Of a DNA stretch of 64,000 nucleotides, positions 50,733 through 63,887 are shown piece by piece. The notes under the pieces are model-generated. The model saw nothing but the letters and a program-made list of their open reading frames with translations, had not been told where the DNA came from and did no database searches. Every line of letters begins with the position of its first letter. Position 1 is the stretch's first letter. Source of the stretch: Eledone cirrhosa (Eukaryota); assembly GCA_964016885.1 (NCBI GenBank), contig OZ024741.1, positions 388,492,001 through 388,556,000 on the forward strand, in the 5' to 3' direction. The position numbers and the translations under genes are program-made.

Positions 50733-51225
50733 ATATATATAACAGGTAAAAGGATGATTAAGAACATATCAACTATAAGCGATATAATAGGGTTTTATTC
50801 CAAGCATTAACATATGTTTCGTCACCTAGTAAGCAATTAATTCATGTCTTGAAACCGCTATCATTAATAGTTAATTGGAGAACAATCAAGAATGTGCATT
50901 GTATATTTCTAATAAGTTGTTGCCTCGTTTTGGAGGACTGAGTTGTGGGAGCAAGAAGGGGAGGAGTGAGAGGGAGGGTTTAACATAGAGTAGTAATATT
51001 TTCTCTTCCCTCTCTCTCACTAAAACATCTTCTCTTTCCTCCTCCATTGTAAAGATGTCCCCAGGGGTTCCATTATTGATTTTTATTGAAATTCAATTAG
51101 CCAGTTCTGTTTCTGAATATTAGCTTAACATGTGTTTAAAGTTTCATCATGATTGGATCACTGGTGTAGGCGCCAACTGGTTATACACAGATACACAGAC
51201 AGGAATAAATTGTCATTTATATAGT

Positions 51226-51614
51226 CATCATCATCACCATTTTACAGCCGTTCTTCCATGCTAGCATGGTTTAGATGGGTTGTCCTGTTGTGGGCAGTGT
51301 CCGGTCAGCTGACATTGTCTTGCTCATATGGGAACTGATTCTGGCTTGATTTCTACAGCTGGATGCCCTTCCTAACACAAACCTCATTTACAGTGAGTGC
51401 TGGGTGCTTTTATTCCGTGGCGCCTACACGTCCACTTTGCAGTGGAATGATAGAGACTCCAGTCCTATCATCTCATTTCTACAGCTGAGTAAACTGGAGC
51501 AATGTGAAATAAAGTGTCTTGCTCAAAGAAACAACACATCACCCGGTCCGAGAATTGAACTCACAACCTTTCGATTGCAAGCCCAATGCTCTAACCACTA
51601 AGCCATGCACCTTC
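51226..51614 (-). mobile_element. CORE-like SINE with longer RTE 3' end
   Basis: Reverse complement of the 48011 family; its tail matches RTE subfamily B more fully. Confidence 0.88.
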
Positions 51615-51903
51615 ATAGTAGATTATGTAAAACAATAGACAGGAGATAATTTGCAAATAATGATCCTAGCTTACCATTTTGAACTTCACCATTCGTAGGT
51701 GAAACATTGCCATTAAGGAATTATGTACGTGAGAGAAAAATAGTTATTTGGTGTTCCGTATGTACTGTTTGATTATTTTTTTATGTTAAACTGCCAATAC
51801 TGCTCATTTCTAGTTGATATGTTCTTACATTTATTTTCAAATTATCTCCTGTGTAATGTTTGATATATACATATATATGTCATTCGCTCTTGCATTTATG
51901 TTA

Positions 51904-51975
51904 TTAATAGCTCGAAATTTGTGCTAGAGCTTTCATTACAGGCGATATGGCACTTGTCTGAAATTCTTCAGATAA
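51904..51975 (-). ncRNA. Type I hammerhead ribozyme
   Basis: TTAT CTGAAGA ATTtCAG..CTGtAAT GAAA GCTC..GAGC TA TTAA; one stem I mismatch. Confidence 0.68.
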
Positions 51976-52120
51976 GACATTTTCATTCGTTTTGGTAATA
52001 TATCACCATCATCAACGTTTAATGTCCATTTTCCACACTAGCATAAGTAGAACTGGCTGTCCCTTTGTGAGAAATCAGGTTGGAGGACCGTGTTTCACTC
52101 ACAGAGGGCTGATTTTGGCT

Positions 52121-55100
52121 TGGGTAGATAAGGTAATTGACGTAAATAGAGTGAACGACAGAATAATCAAAATAAGACTTGTCCTAAATAAAACTACTGT
52201 GACAATAATATCCGCTTACGCACCCCAATCTGGACTGCTTGGCGTTACAAAAGACAGATTCTATGAGTCACTAATGCTCTCTACCTCCCAACTAACCGAC
52301 AGTGACTACATAATTATTGCTGGTGACCTAAATTGTCATGCTGGACAACATTGTGACGGCTATGACGGAATCCATGGAGGCTATGGGTTTGGTACCAGAA
52401 ATGAGGAAGGCTTCAGAATTCTGAAATTCTGTGAAGCAAATAACCTAACTATCTGCAACACAAACTTCAAAAAACGAGACAATCACTTGATCACCTATAG
52501 ATCAGGGGAACATGCCAGCCAGATAGATTATATCCTTACTAGAAGACGTGACAGAGTGTCTGTTGTAAACACTAAATCCCTCCCCCATGAAGAATGTACC
52601 TCCCAACATAGCCTCATCGTTAGTGACCTCATAGTCAAGACGAGACGTACTCGACAACAGAGGAGGACCACCCTGAGAAGAAGAATATGGAAGCTAAAGG
52701 ACCCCACAGCCAGTAACAAATTTACTTGATGCTTTTGAAAGTAAGGAAGAGCAATTAGAGACATACAGCATAGAGGAACAGTGGGAATTCCTGAAAGTTA
52801 ACCTGCTGAAGGCAACTGATAAAATCTGTGGCTGGAGCAGACCTATAGGCAGGAGGAGAGTAATATGGTGGTGGAACAGTAAGGTAGATGAGTCAATCAA
52901 GGCCAAAAAGCAAGCTTGGAAAGTATGGCTGGATGGGGAAGTAGAGAACACTATCAAGTGGCCAGGAGGGAAGCTAGGAGACAAGGGTACCTTGCAAGAA
53001 GGGAAGCAGAGGAAAGAAAGTTCAAGCATGTTCTCAAAAACGGGAGGTGTTCAGGATTGCTAGACAATGTGTCAAGGAAAACCGTGATATTGTCGGGGAG
53101 AAGTGTGTCCGTAATGATGATGGTATACTTGCCATCACTGATACTGATAAGAAGGTAGCTTGGAAGTGTCACTATGAGAGGCTACTAAATGAGGAGAATA
53201 AGTGAGAAAAAGATAGTCTGCCCCAAATTGATCCAATAGAGGGACCAGCAGTGCTAGTTAAAGGTAGTATAATAAGTAAGGCAATCAAAGATATGAAGAC
53301 AGGCAAAGCAACTAGGCCTTCGGAGATAGTTGCTGAAATGCTGAAAGCATCTGGATTGGTGGGACACACTATGGTCTCCCGGATAGTAAACCAAGTCATA
53401 CAGAATGGGGTCATACCAAATGACTGGCATAGCAGCATCATCATTAACTGCTACAAGGGTAAAAGAGATGCCCTAGATAGGAGAAACTATAGAGGCATTA
53501 AATTAATTGACCAGGTCATGAAGGTCACAGAAAAAGTTATAGCGCAACTAATCAGAGAGTGAATGGATCTAGATGAAATGCAGTTTGGATTTGTGTCAGG
53601 TAAAAGTACCACAGACGCTCTTTTCCTTGTACGACAACTACAGGAGATGTACCTAGCTAAAAGTAAACCCCTATACTTAGCTTTTGTTGACTTGGAGAAA
53701 GCCTTTGACAGAGTCCCCCACTCCATTATCTGGTGGGTGCTTAGAAAACTAGGTGTTGATGAATGGCTCGTGAGAGCTATACAAGCCATGTATAAAGAAA
53801 CAGTCAGCAAGGTTAGAATTAACAATGAATATAGTGAAGAATTTAGCGTAAAAGTCGATGTTCATCAGGGCTCCGTCCTTAGCCCCCTCCTATTTATTAT
53901 TGCCCTTCAGGCTATAATAGAGGAGTTCAAGACCGGCTGCCCATGGGAGCTCCTATACGCAGATGATCTAATGCTCATAGCTGAATCAATGGCTGAACTA
54001 GAGAAGAAATTCCAAACATGGAAGCATGGCCTAGAATCAAAAGGCCTTAAAATTAACTTGTCTAAGACTAAAGTTCTAGTATGTACGAAGGAAAATAGGA
54101 CACTGGACGCCTTTGGGAAATGGCCATGCTCAGTGTGTAGGAAAGGAGTAGGCAGAAACTCCATTTTATGTCCCAAATGCAAAGTATGGGTGCATAAAAG
54201 ATGTAGTGGGATCACAGGTAAACTAACTAAGAACATAGATTTTATATGTGGCCAGTGCTCAGGTGCAATAAGTAGTAGCAAGTGCCCACAGGATACTAGC
54301 TCCTTCCATTGCCCAGATGGTTCTATAGAAATAATGGACACCTTCCGTTACCTGGGTGACAAAATCAGCAGTGGGGGAGGGTGCTCTGAAAGTACAGTAG
54401 CTAGAGTCAGAATGGGATGGAAAAAGTTAAGAGAGCTTATACCACTATTGGCCGCTAAAGGTTTCTCCCTGTATGATGCCTGCATACGGACAGCAATGTT
54501 ACATGGCAGTGAAACATTTGGCCTTGTGTGCAGAGGATCTCTGCAGACTGGAGAGGAACGAAGCTTGCATGCTCCGCTGGATGTGTAATAGTAATATACG
54601 TGAACGGCAAAGCATAAATGAAGTAAGTGAGAAATTAGGAATAAGAGGGATCAGTTGCTGTTTACTCAAGAGAAGACTATGTTGCTATGGTCACGTGATG
54701 CGCATGAAAGACAACAGCTGTATAAAAAAGTGCAGGGCGATCAAAATAGATGGAAGCTACGGAGTAGGCAGACCCAGAAAAACCTGGGACGATTTAATAA
54801 ATTCCGACCTTACACACTTACACCTTTCCAAGACAATGTCACTGGACCGAGATCTTTGCCGCTATGCAGTAATACAGAAGACCCGCCTTGCCTAAGTACA
54901 AAGCGAAACCTACAATCAGTTGGCACCTCCTAACCAAAAATACACTGCCATCCCACTAACCCTACCCCCACCCTCATCAACACCACCCCTTTCTCTGTAA
55001 AGTTATGTTGGTACCACAACATCCAGTCCTAAATAAATGAGGTCGTGTAGGTGTCACGACAAAAAAACACACAGTCCATGCTGTAATGTGGCCGTGTAGG

Positions 55101-55285
55101 TAACATGGTAAAAACCTCCCAGCCCAAACTGTAAATGTGGTTGGTGTTAGGAAGGGCATCCAGCCGTAGAAAACCCGCCAAACAGTCCTATATGAGCAAG
55201 ACAACCAATCTTGCCTCAAGTGGGACAATTCCCGTCTAAACCCATGCTAGTGTTGAAGATAGACATTAAACGGTGATGATGATGA
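52121..55285 (+). mobile_element. RTE LINE copy D (from mid-APE to tail), decayed
   Basis: APE, RT (YADD), PHD-like finger, 3' UTR; several stops and frameshifts. Confidence 0.95.
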
Positions 55286-55965
55286 GTCTCATTGTGCTCA
55301 ATACATTCCATTTTTGGCTTGGTTTCTATGGTTGGATACCTTTTCTAAATACTAATCACTTTACAGAGTGTACTAAGTGTATTTTATCATGGCATCAGCA
55401 CTAGAAAGATTGCCATGTCCACATCATGACCAAAGAATCGTCCCTACCCTATGTAGTTTACTTCCAAATTACCAACCACTTCATAGACTCTCCTGAGTAC
55501 TTTTCATCATAGCACCCATCTTAAGAAATACATCTTGTTCTGAGACAGGCATGATTGATAGTGAATGTTATGAAGAGTTTTTAGGAGGTTTTAGAAGGGG
55601 TCACTTTGTTTGAAGGCAAATGAAATTAAGATTATAGAAAGAGGTAGCTAAGCTTGGCATAAGTGAATGGTTATGTAAGGCAGACAAAGTGATGGGGCTA
55701 CATGCTTGTTGTTGGTAAGGGGTTGAATAGATAAACAGTAGGAGAAGTATGGGGAGGAGGTGAGAAGAGGATGAATAGCAGCATGACTGGGTGGTGGAAC
55801 CTATTAGAAAAGGGAGCTTGAGGGCCTGCAGTAGGTACATGGGAGAGAGGGGAGAGATATATAATTAGCAGAGAATGACGATGATTGGAATAGGAGATAG
55901 GTAAATAAAGAGATAATCGGTGAAGTGGAGGTATAGAGACAGGTATAATGGTAACATGGATGGTG

Positions 55966-57636
55966 GTAAAGGTATAAAGCTGATGGAACAGGTTATGAAA
56001 GTAACAGAAAGAGTTATAGCACAGTTGATTAGGGACCGGGTGAAACTAGATGAGATGCAATTTGGGTTTGTGCCAGGAAGAGGCACCGCTGATGCCCTCT
56101 TCCTTGTGAGGCAGTTACAGGAAAAGTACCTAGCTAAAAGTAAGCCACTCTACCTGGCATTCATCGATCTCGAGAAAGCCTTTGGCAGAGTTCCCCGTGC
56201 TATAATCTGGTGGGCTCTTAGAAAACTAGGAGTAGATGAATGGCTTGTGAAAGCTGTACAAGCCATGTATAGGGGAGCAGTCAGCAAAGTTAGGATTAGC
56301 AATGAGTATAGCGAGGAATTTAGCATACAGGTCGGTGTCCACCAAGGCTCTGTTCTTAGCCCTCTCCTGTTCATCATAGTCCTGCAGGCAGTAATGGAGA
56401 AGTTTAAGACCGGATGCCCATGGGAATTCCTGTATGCAGATGACCTCACACTTATAACTGAATCTATGGTAGAACTAGAGAAGAAATTCCAAACTTGGAA
56501 GCAGGGACTAGAAAGAAAGGGTCTCAAAGTCAACCTGACAAAGACAAAAGTCCTTGTAAGTAGACGAGAAAATAGAATCCAGATCCCCTCAGGGAAATGG
56601 CCTTGCTCAGTATGTAGGAAAGGTGTAGGTAGGAACTCCATTCTCTGCCCCAAATGCAAACAATGGGTACACAAGAGATGTAGCAGGATCTCAGGAAGCT
56701 TAACTAAGAATGTAGGCTTCACATGTAGAAGCTGTGCTGGGACAGCAAGCAGCAAACAGCCACAGGAAACAAGCACCACCAAATTCTGGGAGGGCTCTGT
56801 AGAAACAGTAGACAGCTTCTGCTACCTAGGTGACCGAATTAGCAGTGGAGATGGGTGTTCGGAAAGTACAATAACTAGGGTAAGAACGGGATGGAAGAAG
56901 TTCAGGGAGCTACTGCCACTGCTAGCTGCAAAAGGCTTTTCCCTCAAAATGAAAGGCAGACTGTATGATGCGTGTATAGGAACAGCAATGTTATATGGCA
57001 GTGAGACCTGGGTGCTGTCTGTGGAAGACTTGCGTAGATTAGAAAGAAACGAAGCCTGCATGCTCTGATGGATGTGTAATAGTAATATATGCGAACGGCA
57101 AAGCATAAATGAATTGAGAGAGAGACTGAGCGTAAGAGGAATCAAATGCTGTGTGCAGAAGAGGCGGTTGCATTGGTATGGACATGTGATGCGTATGAAG
57201 GATGACAGCTGCATAAAAATGTGCAGAGCACTAAAAGTCGGTGGAAATTGCGGAGTGGGGAGACCCAAGAAGACTTGCGATGAGGTGATAAAAGCCGACC
57301 TTACCCAATTACACCTCTCAAAGGTGACACACGACTGTGACCTCTGGTGTCATATAATAATACAGAAGACCGACCCCCCAGCTGAAGCATATAGACAATA
57401 TGCCCCCATACCCTCCCACTGCAAAGTGGTCGTGGAGGTGCCACGGAAAAAAAGCACACAACACTCACTGTAAATGAGGTTGGTGTTAGGAAGGGTATCC
57501 AGCTGTAGAAATCAAGTCAGAATCAGTTCCCGTATGAGCAAGACAAGGTCAGCCGACCGGACACTGCCCACAAGAGGACAACCTGTCTAACCCATGCTAG
57601 ATTGGAAGAACGGACGTAAAACGGTGATGATGATGA

Positions 57637-57640
<4 letters not shown>
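55966..57640 (+). mobile_element. RTE LINE copy E (subfamily B), 5'-truncated
   Basis: GIKLMEQVMKV..YADD..PHD-like finger..GSETW; (GAT)n tail running into (TA)n. Confidence 0.95.
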
Positions 57641-57690
<50 letters not shown>

Positions 57691-58147
57691 ATACTTGGGG
57701 AGGGTCATCTTGTTGTAATAATATTGCCAGAAATAATTACAGAACACACCCACTGTTTGGTTGGTTTTCGCTTCTGTATCTTTTATATCTCCATAGTTAA
57801 TTTATTTGGCAATCAACATTTATCATTGATTGACCAACAGTAAAAAATACATATATATATATATATATCAGTCAAAATTCTGCTTGCCCCAAAGCTGTCG
57901 TGTGCTTATGTGTATGTGTTTGTATGTATGTGTGTGTGTATGTTATCTTTTTTTGTGTCTATATGTTTTAGTAAGCAGCCAAAATTCTGCTTGCTTCAAC
58001 TGACACAATTGATCAACTCAAGATTCTATAACGCATGCACGGACCTTTCGCCCCTGATATTTACATATATATATATATATTTAATTATTAAGCTCTACAT
58101 ATACATATATACATAAACATATATATATACATACATACATATATATA

Positions 58148-58665
58148 TAGTAATAATAATAAATTTGAAGACTAAAATCCAAAGAGGCCTCGATAAGGAT
58201 AAATATATATCAAATATATAAGAACCGTAGAGCAAATATTTATGAAAATAACAGATTAAAATTTAAGCAAAGAATCGCTGCTTTCACCCTTAACGGGATC
58301 TTCTGAAACTAACAAAGTCAATCTGTAAAGGCAGAAGTGAATATTTCAAAAATCGTTGTAACTGTAGGAATATAAGAAGACGATACTTTGGTTCGTGGAA
58401 ACGTTCCCTAGCAAAAAACGGGAAAAAACGAATATTAAACGTCATTATTTGGAGCGGTGAAAAACAATTACACGCAAAGACAGAACCGCGTTTATGGTAT
58501 AAAAGAAGTCGTAGACTAATATTCTCTTAGGTGGTTCATAGAGACGTTCTCTGGAAATGAACAGAAAAAACGAAGATAATACGTCATATGTGGAGCGTAG
58601 AGAACAATTGCACGCAAAGACAAAACCACGTAAATGGTATCGCTGAAGTCGTAGACTAAAATTCT
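58148..58665 (-). mobile_element. Non-coding repeat with ~140-bp subrepeats and a hammerhead-like motif (58260-58310)
   Basis: Homologous to 48349-48553 and, inverted, to 61996-62362. Confidence 0.7.
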
Positions 58666-59588
58666 AACTAAGAAACCGAATGATTCTCCGCTTCAGAGTT
58701 AAGAATAAAGTAAATAAAATACAGAGGTAATTGAAATTAAATAAATACATACACGCATCCAAATAGGTACATACACAAGCATACGCGAAAACACTCGCCA
58801 TAGGTATACAAATACACGCACATATAAATATGTGTGTGTGTGCGTGTATACAAATAATTAAATAAACGTATATAAATAAATAAATACGTATATAACAAGC
58901 GCACACACATACTTACATGTAAATACACAAATGTTCGGAGATGTACTCAACCGAAACACGAAGTACACATATACACACACCCTACATAAGTACGAACCCG
59001 CATACTCACACAGACGCAAAACTCACGTATACACATGACCAAAAGCATATGTACCAGAATATATAAAATATACGCCATAACATATACAATCAAATATACG
59101 TACGAGAAAGTATACGCACCTTCACAAAACATACAGGTAATATATACTTACCTATGCAAATAAGTAATGGTATAAACATAACATATACTTAGCTACCACA
59201 TCAAGACTATCCGCGTATAGATCGTACTATCCGTTAGGGTATAATGTGGAGCTGTAATACAGGAAAGTTTTGTGCAATTTATGTTTACAAGCCGAAATTG
59301 CCTCAGATTTTTTGTTTAAGACGTGGTCTGTGGCGTAGAGTATTTCCAGGGCCTCAGCGGCGCAGAGGTCACATGGTCTTTTATTTCCGTTATACGATCT
59401 AGCCCCAGCTATATATATATATATATATAAAATTTCAGGTTATCAATAATGTAGTTATAATATATCGTTACGTTAGAGATGAACAGCGTACTTGCAGGTT
59501 TGCTCAACGAGTATAAATTATATTCCGGAGAAAATGTAGAAAGGATGAATATAAAATGAAAGTGCTTTTTTTTAAAAAAGGAATTTAT

Positions 59589-59709
59589 TAGGTATTGACA
59601 TATGTTTCTGTAACAGACTGAATACCTATGTATCGCTGCTTGCGTAATCATATAATGTTAGCAAGTATTCGATAGCAAATGTATAATCAGTTGTCACTTC
59701 TTCAGAGAT
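59589..59709 (-). ncRNA. Hammerhead-like ribozyme in pLTR (mirror of 61795-61915)
   Basis: CTGAAGA..GAAAC ATAT GTC on the minus strand. Confidence 0.65.
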
Positions 59710-61794
59710 TTTGGATAAATTGGATAAAATCAGAAAAATTGAAGTATTTATATTAGTAATAGAGGAAGAAACAGAGGGGATAGTACATGACAGATGGTAA
59801 ATTAATTTACTGCTAAACAAGTATATAATGGGTTTCTAAGTAAATCTAAGTAAGAATTTTGGGAGTGCTAATTTTAATCTCTACTTGACCAACTGGACAG
59901 TGGACAGGGCTGGTCATTTGGTGCAGTAGTATTAATTATAAAGTGTCAATTGGGGAAGGGGGAGATTTCGATTGCTACTAAATAACATCAATGCTAGTAG
60001 CCAGCTGGTATATGCATTAGGGAATTGAAACAAGAAATCAGAAATCTCATTTTATCTATAGCAGTTTGTATTAAAAGGTAAATAATAGAGGAGTTGATAG
60101 AATTAAGACTAATAAAGAATGTTAATATCTATTTTGACAATCAAACGGGGATAGAGACAGGCGTTCAATCCTGGTAGTATTTATAATATGAAAATGTAGA
60201 TTTTAAGCGATGGTTACAGTATAACGATCGCTCTATTCTGTTATTTAATAAAATGTTTTTGGATTTCATAATACAAAATAATTCTACATTACATAATTTA
60301 CAAAATTCCTGTCCATGGGAATATGGGGAGGGGGGGGGGGGGGGGCAGCCGCTATTATATCCCATTTTAGGTGAAATTGTTGGTTATTTTCACGCAGCTG
60401 CCAAGCCTTGTCTGCGAGTGTTGTTACATAACGCTGGTTTTCATGTTTTATCGAGTAACGATGTCTATAAAGGCGTGATTTGAAGGAGGTGGCTGTAGAT
60501 CCCACATAGTACCACTTCTGTCTATCCGATTCGATACTACATTTGTATACGATGTTGCGTTCAAGACACTGATTGTTCAACGGACACATTCCTGGTTGGA
60601 CACAGTTGCAATTATAATTTTGCGTTGTTGTATTGCCATGGATGGGTTGATGAGGTTGCTTATGTAGGACAGGATGTTGTTTGTTGTTTTGTGATGTTAT
60701 AGCTAATGTTTTACGTGTATTGTTATGTGTTGGAAGGCGTTTATACAACCGTTTTGCGTTAAGCTTTTTTATATGTTGTTCAATATTAGGGGCGGTTGAA
60801 TATGAAAGTCGAATAGTGTTAGGGTTTAAGATTTTATTATATTTATGTCATGTTGGAAAGTGTTTTTTAACTAATCGAAAGAATTTTGAGGGTAGATTGG
60901 TTTTAATAGAGTTGTTATAGACCGGGTTGTACCAAATATACCCCCCCCCCATATTCCCATGGACAGGAATTTTGTAAATTATGTAATGTAGAATTATGTT
61001 AGGGTTTAAGATTTTATTATATTTATGTGATGTTATTATATTTATGTGATGTTATTATATTTATGTGATGTTGGAAAGTGTTTTTTAACTAATCGAAAGA
61101 ATTTTGAGGGTAGATTGGTTTTAATAGAGTTGTTATAGACCGGGTTGTACCAAATATGCCCCCCCATATTCCCATGGACAGGAATTTTGTAAATTATGTA
61201 ATGTAGAATTATTTTGTATTATGAAATCCAAAAACATTTTATTAAATAACAGAATAGAGCGATCGTTATACTGTAACCATCGCTTAAAATCTACATTTTC
61301 ATATTATAAATACTACCAGGATTGAACGCCTGTCTCTATCCCCGTTTGATTGTCAAAATAGATATTAACATTCTTTATTAGTCTTAATTCTATCAACTCC
61401 TCTATTATTTACCTTTTAATACAAACTGCTATAGATAAAATGAGATTTCTGATTTCTTGTTTCAATTCCCTAATGCATATACCAGCTGGCTACTAGCATT
61501 GATGTTATTTAGTAGCAATCGAAATCTCCCCCTTCCCCAATTGACACTTTATAATTAATACTACTGCACCAAATGACCAGCCCTGTCCACTGTCCAGTTG
61601 GTCAAGTAGAGATTAAAATTGACACTCCCAAAATTCTTATTTAGATTTACTCATGGTATTCTCATTAGAAACCCATTATATACTTGTTTAGCAGTAAATT
61701 AATTTACCATCTGTCATGTACTATCCCCTCTGTTTCTTCCTCTATTACTAATATAAATACTTCAATTTTTCTGATTTTATCCAATTTATCCAAA

Positions 61795-61915
61795 ATCTCT
61801 GAAGAAGTGACAACTGATTATACATTTGCTATCGAATACTTGCTAACATTATATGATTACGCAAGCAGCGATACATAGGTATTCAGTCTGTTACAGAAAC
61901 ATATGTCAATACCTA
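61795..61915 (+). ncRNA. Hammerhead-like ribozyme in the inverted pLTR
   Basis: CTGAAGA aGTGACA ACTGA..TCAGT c TGTTACa GAAAC ATAT GTC, then AATAAA; stem I is poorly paired. Confidence 0.65.
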
Positions 61916-61995
61916 ATAAATTCCTTTTTTAAAAAAAAGCACTTTCATTTTATATTCATCCTTTCTATATATATATATATATACATATAATATAT

Positions 61996-62355
61996 GTTCT
62001 CCACGCTCCACATATGACGTATTATCTTCGTTTTTTTCCGTTCATAGCCAGAGAACGTCTCTATGAACCACCTAAGAGAATATTAGTCTACGACTTCTTT
62101 TATACCGTAAACGTGGTTCTGCCTTTGCGTATAATTGTTTTTTCACCGCTCCTATTAATGACGTATTATATTCGTTTTTTCCCGTTCTTTGCCAGGGAAC
62201 GTTTTCACGAACCAAAGTATCGTCTTCCTGTCTTCCTCCGGTTGCAACGTTTTTTGAAATATTCACTTCTGCGTTTACAGATTGACTTTGTTAGTTTTAG
62301 AAGATCCCGTTAAGGGTGAAAGCAGCGATTCTTTGCTTAAACTTTAAATCTGTTA

Positions 62356-62362
<7 letters not shown>
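61996..62362 (+). mobile_element. Inverted copy of the 58245-58605 repeat, with hammerhead-like motif at 62293-62343
   Basis: AGTTT TAGAAGA TCCC..GGGT GAAA GCA..TGC TT AAACT. Confidence 0.7.
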
Positions 62363-62433
<71 letters not shown>

Positions 62434-63005
62434 AAATTTAGTACAGAATCATCGAAGCCATTGTTGCAGCCAAGCTAACGAATGCAGTTTCAGTGTGCAG
62501 CTAAGCACTCGGATAGGGTATATAACCCTAGAGTTATAACATTATGTTTAGACAGCTTTGCAAAGTGAAGACAGCGACCGATAGAAGGGCCGCAGTGACC
62601 ATTGCCACGAAAAAGACTGAACTCAGGGAAAATTTGACAAACCTGGACCATCGCGTCGACATCATACATAACACATAATACATATAATATATACCATATA
62701 ATATACATCACATGTAATCCACAATATCTCCGCTAAGTTTCTGTAAATCCTAAATCAACAAAATCCACTTGCAGGGGTCTGCAAGTTAATGGTTTTTGAA
62801 GATAGAATAATGGAGTTTTACTTCGTCAACAAGTTTTTTGTTCTGGTCCCTCGGGTGTTTTTTGGTAGAGTAAGCGCTGCTAGCAAACACATGGTTTTCC
62901 CAATGGGAGGTAACCCGCGATTTTGGCGGTCAATTCAAAATTTGGAACAAAGGAATAAAGATTCCCTTACACAAACCGAATTAAGCACTCAACTAGAAGT
63001 TATCA

Positions 63006-63052
<47 letters not shown>

Positions 63053-63154
63053 TATACATATATATATATACTATTTTCCCATTTTGACGCTATAGTCACT
63101 TATATATTATGAAATACTGTGTGCTTCTTGCTCATAATAATTTCTATACTTTTC

Positions 63155-63203
<49 letters not shown>

Positions 63204-63311
63204 AACGAGTAGGACCCCGACGGCTGAGCTCAAGCCGTTTCGACGGCTAATTCTGGACTCATAACTTTGGTGCGTTATGGTCCACCTGGTTCCTAACCAC
63301 ATTTCCTTCGT

Positions 63312-63394
<83 letters not shown>

Positions 63395-63583
63395 TTACAT
63401 ATACATATATATATATATATACATATGTTTTGCGATGACCTCCCCTTCCCGCTTGGTGACGGTGTGAGATTTCTCTTTGTGGGAGTGCTGGAATTTCAAA
63501 TTTGGCGTTCACTCTAACACTGACGGGTACCATCGCTGAATGTTAATATCGGTAGGTTTTTTTTATATCGATATTGTTGGGCA

Positions 63584-63705
63584 TCCACTGATGAGTTACA
63601 AGTGCCCACCTGCATATATTCCTATGGACTATGTGTAGGCTTCTACATAACCTCGACATTATTTTCCCAACTTGTAGAAAACTTACAATGAAACGATCGT
63701 TTGGA
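63584..63705 (+). ncRNA. Type I hammerhead ribozyme, ~95-nt stem II region, palindromic stem III
   Basis: TCCA CTGATGA G...T GAAAC GATC GTT TGGA. Confidence 0.62.
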
Positions 63706-63887
63706 AGGAGAGATGTATTTAATTGTGTCTCATATAAAATAATACAACTGGCTATCTACAAAATACAATATAGTTAGCACCCCAAACGTATAATTGGGAT
63801 TATACTAAGGTATATCCTAATGTTTGTTGAGTGAGACAGAAGTCGGTCGGAGTATTGCTTAAAGCTTTCTCTGTTAATGTATTAAAT

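Larger units (their letters stand above)
59430..61967 (-). mobile_element. Penelope-like element (Hydra-type), 5'-truncated, with inverted pLTR copy
   Basis: Minus strand 60939-60165: IWYNP..KTN..KHFP..NTIRLSYS, CNC..CPLNNQCL..IVYKC..YYVGST..FKSR..H, CKLC..E..CNH; 59537-60326 is inverted at 61160-61967. Confidence 0.9.

Noticed and set aside
50805-50894. GAAACATATGTT AATG motif on the minus strand
   Set aside because: The 5' core is degraded (CTTGATTG); counted only as a probable dead hammerhead and not annotated.
59325-59375. CCGCTGAGG..GAAA hammerhead-like string on the minus strand
   Set aside because: Two core changes and no credible stem II.
60848-60850. In-frame TGA in the Penelope ORF (KHFPT*HK) as selenocysteine
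   Set aside because: The position is not a conserved Cys, no SECIS is evident and the copy is otherwise decayed. Selenoprotein PLEs are described for the Naiad clade, which has an N-terminal nuclease.
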